Below, in pieces: positions 30,076-39,493 of a stretch of 64,000 bases of DNA. The translations under genes and the position numbers were made by a program. How positions within the stretch are numbered: the stretch's first letter is position 1; the number at the start of each line of letters is the position of its first letter. This DNA is from Burkholderiales bacterium (GTDB lineage Bacteria; Pseudomonadota; Gammaproteobacteria; Burkholderiales; SG8-39), in NCBI GenBank assembly GCA_049651845.1, contig JBASCW010000052.1, positions 19,667 through 83,666 on the forward strand, written 5' to 3'. The notes under the pieces were generated by a model. It saw nothing but the letters and a program-made list of their open reading frames with translations, was not told the DNA's origin and ran no database searches.

Positions 30076-30361
30076 GCGCGCGGGGCGTGCCACGACGGCA
30101 GCAACCGCCTTTCGCCGGCATGCCTGGGCCTACGCCGTCGCCGCGTGCGCCCTGACCGCGGCCAATTGGTACACGGGCGGCACTTGGTGGTCGTTCTGGC
30201 CGCTCGCCGCGTGGGGCGTCGTGTTCGCGGTGCATTTCCTGATCCACAAGGCGAGGACGGTGGACGAGCGCTGGGTCGAGGAGCGCGCCGCCGACCTGCA
30301 TTCCAAGAGTTATGACGCGGGCCATATCGACCAGATTGCCGCGGACCAGAAAAAGAAATAG
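30074..30361 (+). CDS. 2TM-domain-like reading frame with no canonical start codon (possible frameshifted, fused or decayed gene)
   Basis: The frame encodes ..AFRRHAWAYAVAACALTAANWYTGGTWWSFWPLAAWGVVFAVHFLIHKARTVDERW..KKK*, typical of the 2TM family. That frame is open from 30002 but has no ATG/GTG/TTG before the second TM helix. It begins +1 relative to the stop of the upstream ORF. Confidence 0.45.
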   Translation, partial: ERAGRATTAATAFRRHAWAYAVAACALTAANWYTGGTWWSFWPLAAWGVVFAVHFLIHKARTVDERWVEERAADLHSKSYDAGHIDQIAADQKKK

Positions 30362-30370
30362 CCGCAGGCC

Positions 30371-31465
30371 ATGAAAATCGTCCGCGTCGAGGCGGTGCCG
30401 CTTGCCATTCCCAGCCGCTACGGCGCAGAGGGCTGGTCGCTGGGGTCGGGCGGCTGGAAGGCGCTGGATTTCTGCCTGGTGCGCGTGGACACCGATGCCG
30501 GCATCACCGGCTGGGGCGAGGCGTTCTCCTACTCCTGCCGGCGCGCGGTGGTCGCCGCGGTACGGGACATGATTGCGCCGATCGCCGTCGGGCGCGATGC
30601 CGTCGATATTGCCGGCCTGCATGCGGAGATCCAGAAGCGATTGCACATCTTCGGCCGCTTTGGCATCACCGCGTTCGCGCTCTCGGGCCTGGACATCGCG
30701 CTCTGGGACATCGCCGGCAAGGCAGCGGGCAAGCCCTTGCATGCGCTCCTCGGGGGCGCGCGGCGAGAGCGGCTGGACTGCTATGCCAGCCTGCTGCGCT
30801 ACGCGTACGCCGCGCTTGCCGCGCGTTACTGTGAGCAAGCGGTGGGCGAGGGCTTCGGCGCGATCAAGCTGCATGAAGTGAGCGAGCCGGTAATTGCAGC
30901 GGCGCGTTCTGCGGTACCGAAGTCCGCCGCGCTGCTGCTCGACGTCAACTGCGAGTGGAACGTCGCGCAGGCGAGCGCGATTGGCAGGCGCCTTGCGCCG
31001 CTGGGACTCGACTGGTTCGAGGAACCGGTGTTCCCCCCGGAGGATGGCGCAGGCCTGCGCGCGGTGGGCGAGGCCTGCGGCATTCCCATCGCAGCCGGGG
31101 AGAACTGCTGCTTCGCGACGCAGTTCGCGGCCCTGTTCGATGCCGGGGCGGTGCAGTACGCGCAGCCCTCGGTCACCAAAGTGGGCGGCATCACCGAGTT
31201 CCGCAAGGTCGCCCAGCTCGCCGCCGCGCAGAGAGTGAAGCTCGCACCCCACTCGCCCTACTTCGGGCCGGGCGCGCTGGCGACGCTGCACCTCATCGCC
31301 GCGCTGGCACCGGACGCGCGCTTCGAGTATTTCTACCTGCAGGCGGACGCCTGGCTGTACGGCGACCTGCTGGCGCCCCGGGACGGAAAACTCGGGGTGC
31401 CGCAGGGGCCCGGGCTCGGAGGCGATCCCGACCCGGACGTGATTCGTCGTTATCGGGCGGAGTAA
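30371..31465 (+). CDS. Mandelate racemase / muconate lactonizing enzyme family protein (enolase superfamily; likely acid-sugar dehydratase)
   Basis: Has GITGWGEA, GLDIALWDIAGK, LLLDVNCEW, WFEEP and IAAGEN, which are the metal-ligand and catalytic positions of the MR subgroup. Confidence 0.85.
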   Translation: MKIVRVEAVPLAIPSRYGAEGWSLGSGGWKALDFCLVRVDTDAGITGWGEAFSYSCRRAVVAAVRDMIAPIAVGRDAVDIAGLHAEIQKRLHIFGRFGITAFALSGLDIALWDIAGKAAGKPLHALLGGARRERLDCYASLLRYAYAALAARYCEQAVGEGFGAIKLHEVSEPVIAAARSAVPKSAALLLDVNCEWNVAQASAIGRRLAPLGLDWFEEPVFPPEDGAGLRAVGEACGIPIAAGENCCFATQFAALFDAGAVQYAQPSVTKVGGITEFRKVAQLAAAQRVKLAPHSPYFGPGALATLHLIAALAPDARFEYFYLQADAWLYGDLLAPRDGKLGVPQGPGLGGDPDPDVIRRYRAE

Positions 31466-31506
31466 GCAGGCATGAAAGCCTGCGTCATCGATGCGGGGGA
31501 CGGGTC

Positions 31507-32538
31507 GTGGCCGGGGCGTTGGAAGCTGTAAACATCGAGGACCTGCGCTCCGCGGCGCGCCGGCGCCTGCCGCGCATGATTTTCGATTTCATCGACGGCG
31601 GCGCCGAGGACGAGGTGACCTTGCGCGGCAACCGCACGGCGTTCGAGCGCGTGCAGCTGCTGCCGCGCGTGGTGCGGGATGTGTCCCGGCTGGATACCTC
31701 GGCCGAAATCCTCGGCGCGGCGTCGGCGTATCCTTGCGTCATCGCGCCGGTCGGCTCGGCCGGCATGGCCTGGCCCGGCATCGACGTGGGCATCGCGCGC
31801 GTGGCCGCTGCAGCCGGGATCCCGTTCGCGCTGTCGACCAACGCCACCTCCTCGATCGAAGAGGTCGCCGACAAGGCGCCGGGGCGGCACTGGTTCCAGC
31901 TCTACGTGCTGCACGATCGCGAGTTCACCGATTCGCTCATCGCGCGCGCGGCGGCGGCGGGCTACGAGGCGCTGGTGGTGACCGTGGACCTCGCCTCCGG
32001 CGGCAAGCGTGAGCGCGACGCGCGCCATGGTTTTTCAGTCCCGTACCGCATGCAGCTGCGCCACCTCTGGCAAGGCGCGCTGCGCCCGGCCTGGGCGCTG
32101 CGCATCCTCGCCAACGGCGGCATGCCGGAGTTCGTCAACGTGCGCGGCCTGGAGCGCATCCAGCGCGCCGATGTCGCGGCGACCTCGTCGGTGATGAGCC
32201 GGCAGATGGACGATTCGTTCGACGATGCCAAGTTCGCGCGGCTGCGCGATCGCTGGAAGGGCAAGCTCGTGGTGAAGGGCGTTTCGCGCGCCGACGACGC
32301 CGAGCGTTTGGTCGCGCTGGGGGCCGATGCGGTCTGGGTCTCGAACCACGGCGGACGGCAGCTCGATGGCGCGATCGCCTCGCTCGATGCGATGCCGCCG
32401 ATCGTCGCGGGGCTGGTTGCGGTGGATGCGCATGCCCCTACGATACCCCTTGGCGTTCAGCGCTTGATGCGGATCAGCAGCACCAGCGGCAGCACGGTGA
32501 GCGACGTTGCAATGAAGAACACGAACGCATCCAGGTAG
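31507..32538 (+). pseudogene. FMN-dependent alpha-hydroxyacid dehydrogenase/oxidase (LldD/glycolate oxidase family), 3'-truncated
   Basis: Homology is clear from NIEDLRSAARRRLPRMIFDFIDGGAEDE through SNHGGRQLDGAIASLDAMPPIV, to about nt 32410. The frame then reads non-homologous sequence and runs 82 nt into the convergent emrB gene. The C-terminal part with the DGGxRxG FMN-phosphate site (estimated at roughly 70-80 aa) is absent. Confidence 0.7.
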
Positions 32539-33977
32539 CCGATCATCGACGCCTGGCGCGCCATCTCGCGCGACAGGGCCGCCAAGCCCTTCGCCTCGGA
32601 CAAGTTCCAGGCCCCGGTCATCCAGGGCATGGAAAGGGACGGGCTGTACGGGGTGACGCGTTCGGCGATCTCCGCGTAGCTGGTGCGCGTCATGTGCACC
32701 GCGAGCGTAATGCTGAGCGAGATGTGGATGCTCGAGCCGACGTTGCGCACCATGTGGAACACGGCCGAGCCCTGGGCGATCAGCCCGGCCTCCAGCGTGG
32801 CGAAGCTCACCATGGTGATCGGCACCCAGAGCACGCCGACGCCGAAGCCTTGCAGCGCCATCGGCCAGAAGACGTCGGCCGTGCTCGGGTTGACATCCAG
32901 TTGCGCGAGCTGCCAGGCCGCCCAGGCCTGCAGGAGGAAGCCGAGCACGATCATGGCGCGCGGATCGAACCGGCTGGCGAAGATCATGATGAAGAACGCG
33001 AGCAGCGTCCCCAGGCCGCGCGCGCCCAGCACGAAGCCGATCACCGAGTCCGGATAGCCGCTGACTCCCTGCAGCATCGGCGGCAGCAGCGTCATCGGCG
33101 TGAAATTGAGCATGCCGAACACGAACACCAGCGCGACGCCGATGGCGAAGTTGCGGTCCGCGAGCAGGCGCTTGTCGAGAAAAGGCTGCTCTGCGGTCGC
33201 ACTGTGGGCGATGAAGCCGTACAGCGCGATCCCCGCGATCGCCGCCCAGGCGACGATCTCGGCCGAGTCTAACCAGTCGGCGCGCTCGCCGCGGTCGAGC
33301 ATCAGCTGCACGCTCGCCAGCGTGGCCGAAAGCAGCAGGAACCCCAGCCAGTCGAGGCGCAGCTTCGCCGCCGGCTCGCGGTCGTGGATGAAAGCCAGGG
33401 TGCCGAGCAGCGCGAGCACGGAGAACGGCAGGATCATGTAGAACACCCAGCGCCAGTCGTAGGCCTCGGAGAGCCAGCCGCCGGCCATCGGGCCGACCAC
33501 CGGCCCGAGCACCGAGCCCATGCCGAAGATGGCGAGGACGGCGCCCATGCGGTGTTTGGGATAGGTGTCCAGGATGATCGCCTGCGACACCGGCACCAGC
33601 GGCGCGCCGATCGCGCCCTGCAGGATGCGGAACAGCACCAGCTCGCCCAGCGAGTCGGCCAGGCCGCAGGCGAGCGACGCCACGCCGAAGCCGGCGACGC
33701 CGAAGATGCACAGGTTGCGCCGGCCGAAGCGCGAGATCAGCCAGCCCGCGAGCGGCGTCGCCACGGCGGTCGCGACCAGGTTGGAAGTCACCACCCAGGC
33801 GATCTGGTCGGGCGTGGCGGACATCGCCCCCTGCATCTGCGGCAGGGATACGTTGGCGATGGTGACCGTCATCGCGTAGAGGAACGTCACCGAGGTGCAG
33901 GTCGCGAGCACCAGCGCCCGCTCGAGCTCGGCGGCCGCGCCCGTCGCCTGGGCGAGCGGAACTTCGCGGGCCGTCAA
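32457..33977 (-). CDS. emrB: MFS drug efflux transporter, DHA2 (EmrB/QacA, 14-TMS) family
   Basis: 506 aa. Has TVTIANVSLPQMQGAMSATPDQIAWVVTSNLVA and LFRILQGAIGAPLVPVSQAI, and sits downstream of HlyD and MarR genes. Confidence 0.88.
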   Translation of the reverse strand: MTAREVPLAQATGAAAELERALVLATCTSVTFLYAMTVTIANVSLPQMQGAMSATPDQIAWVVTSNLVATAVATPLAGWLISRFGRRNLCIFGVAGFGVASLACGLADSLGELVLFRILQGAIGAPLVPVSQAIILDTYPKHRMGAVLAIFGMGSVLGPVVGPMAGGWLSEAYDWRWVFYMILPFSVLALLGTLAFIHDREPAAKLRLDWLGFLLLSATLASVQLMLDRGERADWLDSAEIVAWAAIAGIALYGFIAHSATAEQPFLDKRLLADRNFAIGVALVFVFGMLNFTPMTLLPPMLQGVSGYPDSVIGFVLGARGLGTLLAFFIMIFASRFDPRAMIVLGFLLQAWAAWQLAQLDVNPSTADVFWPMALQGFGVGVLWVPITMVSFATLEAGLIAQGSAVFHMVRNVGSSIHISLSITLAVHMTRTSYAEIAERVTPYSPSLSMPWMTGAWNLSEAKGLAALSREMARQASMIGYLDAFVFFIATSLTVLPLVLLIRIKR

Positions 33978-33996
33978 CGGTTCCCGTTCCCTCTTC

Positions 33997-35055
33997 TCAG
34001 CGCCCGGACGAACCGAACGGCTTCGGGTAGCCGCGGCTGCGCCCGGTGTCGATGCTCACGCTCACCGTCATGCCCACGCGCAGCGGCGGCTGCCCGGCGC
34101 CGCCCGGCTCGATGTCCAGGAGCACGGGCACGCGCTGCACCACCTTGATCCAGTTGCCCGTCGCGTTCTGCGGCGGCAGCAGCGCGGACTCTGCGCCCGT
34201 CGCCGGCGCGATGGTGTTGATCCGCGCCTGCCACTCGAGGCCGGGATAGGCGTCGGCGACGATGCGCGCCGCCTGGCCGACGCGCATGCCGGCGAGCTGG
34301 GTTTCCTTGAAGTTGGCCTCGATCCAGTGGTTGCCGGCGAGCACCAGGCTGAAGACAGCGACGCCGCGCGCCGCCTGCGCGCCGGGCTGGAGCTTCATGT
34401 TGTTGACCGTTCCCGCGGCGGGAGCGGTCACCTGCGTGCGCGCGAGATCCAGTGCCGCCGCGTCCCGCGTCGCCTGCGCTTCGCGCACCCGAGGGTGGCG
34501 CTCGACCGGCAGCTTGGCATCGCCGCTAAGGCTGGAGAGCACCCGCGCGCCGCGCTCCTGCACCGAGGTGAGCCGCGCGCGCGCCGCCGCGAGGTTATGG
34601 CGCGCCTCGTCGTAGGCGTCCTCGCGCACCATGCCGCGCTCCCTCAGCCGCTGCTGGCGTTCCAGTTGCAGCGTAAGGAAACGGATGCGCTCTTCGGCCT
34701 CCACGGCGTCGGCGAGCGTGGCGCGGTACTCGGCGCGCAGCGTCTCCACTTCGGTGCGGGCGCTTGCCAGCTGCGCGTCGGCGCGCGCGAGCGCCATCTC
34801 GAAGGGCGCCGCATCGATGCGGAACAGCAGCTGGTCGCGGGCGACCGCCTGATTGTCGCGCACCGCGACCTCGGCGACGCGCCCGGCGACCTCTGCGCTG
34901 ACCGCGACGACGTGCGCCTTGACGTAGGCGTTGTCGGTTTCAAGGTAGCGTCCGCCCTCGGCGTAGTAGTGCAGCCCGGCCGCGGCCGCGACGAGTGGCA
35001 CGGCGACGAGCAGCAGCGCGCGCAGCAGCCTGCGGCTCGGGCGCGGCCCGGTCAC
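33997..35055 (-). CDS. emrA: HlyD-family membrane fusion protein (EmrA-like)
   Basis: GTG at 35055 overlaps the marR stop (GTGA). An N-terminal TM segment is followed by TDNAYVKAHVVAVSAEVAGRVAEVAVRDNQAV, a coiled coil and a beta-barrel region. Confidence 0.85.
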   Translation of the reverse strand: MTGPRPSRRLLRALLLVAVPLVAAAAGLHYYAEGGRYLETDNAYVKAHVVAVSAEVAGRVAEVAVRDNQAVARDQLLFRIDAAPFEMALARADAQLASARTEVETLRAEYRATLADAVEAEERIRFLTLQLERQQRLRERGMVREDAYDEARHNLAAARARLTSVQERGARVLSSLSGDAKLPVERHPRVREAQATRDAAALDLARTQVTAPAAGTVNNMKLQPGAQAARGVAVFSLVLAGNHWIEANFKETQLAGMRVGQAARIVADAYPGLEWQARINTIAPATGAESALLPPQNATGNWIKVVQRVPVLLDIEPGGAGQPPLRVGMTVSVSIDTGRSRGYPKPFGSSGR

Positions 35056-35489
35056 CGGAGGTTTTCCTTGATCGCCAGGAGGGTGTCGACGAAGCGCTCG
35101 CGCTCCGCGGTGCCGATGCCGGTGAGCGCATCGCGCCGCAGTTCCGCGGCGATCGTGCGCATCGTGCGCAGGGCCGGTTCCACCTCGTCGGTGAGGTGCA
35201 CGCGCCAGACGCGGCGGTCCGACGCGTCGTGCTCGCGCCGCACCCAGCCTTTCGCTTCCAGGCGGTCGAGCAGGCGCCCGAGGGTAGGCTTCTCGATCTC
35301 CAGAGTCTCGGCCAGCTCGGTCTGGCTCACGCCGTTGCTGCGGTAGAGGTGCGTGAGCACCCACCACTGCGCGCGCGTCAGGCCGAGCTTGCGGATGCGC
35401 CGGTCGTAGGCGGTGCGCATCAGCCGCGCCACGTCGTTCAGCAGGAAGCCGAAATTGCGGGACAGGTCCTCTCGCAGCATGCCCGCCAT
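35052..35489 (-). CDS. MarR-family transcriptional regulator (EmrR-like)
   Basis: 145 aa with a winged HTH (LTRAQWWVLTHLYRSNGVSQTELAETLEIEKPTLGRLLDRLEAKGWVRR). Confidence 0.88.
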   Translation of the reverse strand: MAGMLREDLSRNFGFLLNDVARLMRTAYDRRIRKLGLTRAQWWVLTHLYRSNGVSQTELAETLEIEKPTLGRLLDRLEAKGWVRREHDASDRRVWRVHLTDEVEPALRTMRTIAAELRRDALTGIGTAERERFVDTLLAIKENLR

Positions 35490-35494
35490 GATAG

Positions 35495-35521
35495 TTGCCT
35501 AGCTTACGATAAGCAAGGCAA
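35495..35521. promoter_or_regulatory. Imperfect 27-bp palindrome TTGCCTaGCTTAcgaTAAGCaAGGCAA, candidate MarR operator
   Basis: 11 of 13 positions pair around the centre at 35508. It lies 6-32 nt upstream of the marR ATG, in the marR/ADH divergent intergenic region. Confidence 0.45.
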
Positions 35522-35578
35522 TGGAAAGCCGCTCCGGTATCATCCCCCCGTTTCAACCCTCGACCCGGAAGGCGTGGC

Positions 35579-36624
35579 ATGCGCGGTGCAGTATTCCTCG
35601 GCAATAGGAAAATCGAGATCCGCAGCTTTCCCGATCCGACGCCGGGCCCGGGTGAGGTGGTGATTCAGATGAAGGCCTCGGGCATGTGCGGCAGCGACCT
35701 GAAGTTCTACCGGCCGCCGCCCGGCGAGGCGCAGAAGGCGCTTGGCCTCGGCAGCAACGTCGAGCCCTTCATCGGCGGCCATGAACCCTGCGGCGTGATC
35801 GCCGCGCGCGGGCGGGGCGTCTCCGAGCGCGAGGCGCCGATCGGCCAGCGCGTCATGAATCACCACTATGCTGGATGTGGCATCTGCAGTCATTGTCGGT
35901 TGGGCTGGTCGCAGCTATGCCGCGCGGGAATCGTGGTTTACGGCGTTACCGGCAATGGCGGGCACGCCGAATACCTCAAGGCGCCGGCGCGCACGATGGT
36001 GCCGCTGCCGGACGAGCTTTCTTTCTCGGAAGGCGCCGCCGTTTCCTGCGGCACGGGGACGGCTTTCGGTGCCCTGCGCCGCATGCATGCGCAGGGCGGG
36101 CAGACCCTGGCGGTGTTCGGCCAGGGGCCGGTGGGGCTCTCGGCAACGCTGATCGGCGCGAAGATGGGGGCACGCGTCATTGCCGTGGAGACCAACATGG
36201 AACGTCTGGCGCTGGCGAAGCAGTTCGGCGCCACCGATCTCGTCGACGCATCGAAGGAAGATGCAGTGAAGGCGCTCAAGGACCTCACGCGGGGCGAAGG
36301 CGTGGACCTCACGCTGGAGTGCAGCAGCGCTTCGGCGGCGCGCCTGGCGGCCGTGCGTGCGGTCCGGACCTGGGGCACGGCCTGCTTCGTGGGCGAGGGC
36401 GGCGATGTGACGCTGGATGTGTCGCCGGATCTGCTGCGCCGCCAGGTCACGCTGATCGGCTCGTGGACCTTCAGCGCGATGGGAATGGGCGAGTGCGCGC
36501 GCTTCATCGCCGACAACGGCATCAAGCTCGACCGCATCTTCACTCACCGCTGGAAGCTGGACCAGGCGGACGAGGCCTACAAGGTGTTCGATGCCCAGTC
36601 CTCGGGCAAAGGCGTGATCGAGTT

Positions 36625-36628
<4 letters not shown>
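35579..36628 (+). CDS. Zinc-dependent alcohol/polyol dehydrogenase (MDR family)
   Basis: Has GMCGSDLKFY and GHEPCG (catalytic Zn), CGICSHCRLGWSQLC (structural Zn) and FGQGPVGL (Rossmann). Confidence 0.88.
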
Positions 36629-37614
<986 letters not shown>

Positions 37615-37673
37615 TTACGGACGCCAGGTTGCCGGAGTGAGGTCGCCAGAATATACGAGATGAAAGGAGCGCG

Positions 37674-38498
37674 ATGAAGTCCGTCCTGATCACCGGCGCC
37701 GCCGGCGACGTCGGCACGCACCTGCGGCGGGAGCTGGCGGGGAAGTATCGAATCGTCGCCTCGGATTTGAGAACTCCGAAACAGGCGTTCAAGGGCCAGC
37801 CGTTCAAGCGCGCCGATATCTCGAAGATGTCGGACGCGCTGCGCATCACCAAAGGTGTCGATGCCATCGTGCACCTGGGCGGCTACTCGGTCGAGGGCCC
37901 CTGGGAGGGCATCCTCAGCGCCAACCTGATCGGCTGCTACAACGTGTTCGAGGCCGCGCGGCGCAACGGCGTAAAGCGCATCCTGTTTCCCACCTCCAAT
38001 CACGCGACCGGCTTCTATCCGCGCAGCCAGACCATCGACCATCGCGTCTATCCGAAGCCCGACAGCCGCTACGGCGTCTCCAAGGTCTTCGGCGAGGCGC
38101 TCGGCAGCCTCTACGCCGACAAGTACGGCATGCAGTTCCTCATGATCCGGATCGGCAACGTCAACCCGGCGCCGATCGACAAGCGGCGCCTGTCGATCTG
38201 GATCTCGCCGCGCGACATCGCGCAGCTGGTGACCATCGGCATCGAGCACCCGGACATCCGCTTCGAGATCGTCTACGGCATCTCGGGCAACAAGCGCGCC
38301 TGGTACGACAACTCGAACGCCTTCCGGCTGGGCTACAAGCCGCAGGACGACGCCGAGAAGTGGGCTGCCGAGCTGCTGGCGAAGGAGCCCGCGGGCGGCG
38401 ACCCGGTCGCGGAGAGATTCCAGGGCGGCGTGTTCTGCGTAGCGGAAGACATTCCGAACCCCGCGCCCTTGCCGAAGAAGAAAAAGAAGCGCAAGTAA
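37674..38498 (+). CDS. udh: Uronate dehydrogenase-like NAD-dependent SDR
   Basis: VLITGAAGDVG, IVHLGGYSVEGPWEGILSANLIGCYNVFEAARRNGVKRILFPTSNHATGFYP, YGVSK and RFQGG align well with Udh of Agrobacterium/Pseudomonas as I recall it. It ends in an unusual PKKKKKRK tail. Confidence 0.7.
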   Translation: MKSVLITGAAGDVGTHLRRELAGKYRIVASDLRTPKQAFKGQPFKRADISKMSDALRITKGVDAIVHLGGYSVEGPWEGILSANLIGCYNVFEAARRNGVKRILFPTSNHATGFYPRSQTIDHRVYPKPDSRYGVSKVFGEALGSLYADKYGMQFLMIRIGNVNPAPIDKRRLSIWISPRDIAQLVTIGIEHPDIRFEIVYGISGNKRAWYDNSNAFRLGYKPQDDAEKWAAELLAKEPAGGDPVAERFQGGVFCVAEDIPNPAPLPKKKKKRK

Positions 38499-38620
38499 TG
38501 CGGAGCAAACCGAAGCTCGCGATCCCGGCGGGTGCCGTGCGCGCGCTCGCCCTCTGGCGCATCGCGTGAGTCCGAGGGGGGGTTGATTCTCGCGGTGCGG
38601 CGGTGCAGCATGAATGCCGC

Positions 38621-39442
38621 ATGACAGCCGCGCAGGGCGTTTTGCTGGATATCGACGGGGTGCTCACCGTGTCCTGGCGCGCGCTGCCGGGCGCCGTGAA
38701 CGCCGTCGCCGAGCTGCGCGCGGCCGGCCACCGGCTGCGCTTCGTCACCAATACCACCTCGCGATCGCGGCGAGTGCTGAGCGAGACGCTGGCCAAAGCC
38801 GGGTTCGACATCGCCGCCGACGAGATCCTGACGGCCGCCGCGGCGACCGGCGCCTACCTGCGCCGCGTGCATGCGCGCGAGCGCTGCTTCGTGCTGACCA
38901 GCGGCGACGTGACCACCGACCTGGAAGGCGTCACTATCACCGGTCCGGGCGAGCCCGCCGACCTGGTGGTGATCGGCGGCGCCGGCGTCGAGTTCACCTA
39001 CGATGCGCTCAACCACGCGTTCCACCTGCTGCAGCAGGGCGTGCCGCTGGTGGCGATGCACCGCAACCTGTACTGGCAGACCGGCGACCGGCTGACGCTG
39101 GACTCCGGCGCGTACATCCTCGGGCTGGAGAAAGCGGCCGGCGCGCGCGCCGTGGCGATCGGCAAGCCCGCGCGCGCCTTCTACGAGGCGGCGCTCGCCG
39201 AGCTCGGCCTGCCGGCCGAGCGCGTTGCGATGGTGGGTGACGACATCGAAGCGGACGTGGAGGGCGCGAAGAACGCCGGCCTCGCCGGCATCCTCGTGCG
39301 CACCGGCAAGTTCCGCCAGGCCGATCTCGACCGCGCCGGCGTGGTGCCAGACGCGGTGCTCGGATCCATCACGGAGCTGCCGGCCTGGCTGCGCGCGCGA
39401 GTAAGAAAAAGGGGGTCAGAGCAACATTTCCCCGACGACTAA
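38621..39442 (+). CDS. HAD-superfamily subfamily IIA hydrolase (TIGR01458 / LHPP-like)
   Basis: Has LLDIDGVL, FVTNTTSRSR, GKP and MVGDDIEADVEGA. An alternative GTG start lies at 38603. The last 14 codons lie inside the palindromic element at 39403-39493. Confidence 0.8.
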   Translation: MTAAQGVLLDIDGVLTVSWRALPGAVNAVAELRAAGHRLRFVTNTTSRSRRVLSETLAKAGFDIAADEILTAAAATGAYLRRVHARERCFVLTSGDVTTDLEGVTITGPGEPADLVVIGGAGVEFTYDALNHAFHLLQQGVPLVAMHRNLYWQTGDRLTLDSGAYILGLEKAAGARAVAIGKPARAFYEAALAELGLPAERVAMVGDDIEADVEGAKNAGLAGILVRTGKFRQADLDRAGVVPDAVLGSITELPAWLRARVRKRGSEQHFPDD

Positions 39443-39493
39443 AAAGTCGTCATTCGGCAACTCCGGAAATGTTGCTCTGACCCCCTTTTTCTT
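39403..39493. repeat. 91-nt nested palindromic element / bidirectional intrinsic terminator between convergent genes
   Basis: Perfect 29-bp arms (39403-39431, AAGAAAAAGGGGGTCAGAGCAACATTTCC, and its reverse complement at 39465-39493) flank a 33-nt spacer. The spacer has its own 7-bp hairpin GACGACT-aaaa-AGTCGTC. On each strand the stem is followed by a T5-containing tract, so it can terminate both transcripts. Confidence 0.85.

Noticed and set aside
31472-31531. A 19-codon ORF (MKACVIDAGDGSWPGRWKL) overlapping the start of the lldD-like gene, considered as a leader peptide or an original start displaced by a frameshift.
   Set aside because: It has no recognisable similarity. The GTG at 31507 already gives a family-typical N-terminus, and there is no attenuator structure.
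38472-38498. Lys-rich C-terminal tails on several proteins: Udh-like PKKKKKRK, DUF4340-like KKEEKKK, the 2TM frame DQKKK and the TRAP receptor AAAKK. I considered them a shared targeting signal.
   Set aside because: The tails are short, differ in sequence, and occur on proteins of different predicted compartments. They are more simply explained by A-rich sequence near stops and terminators.
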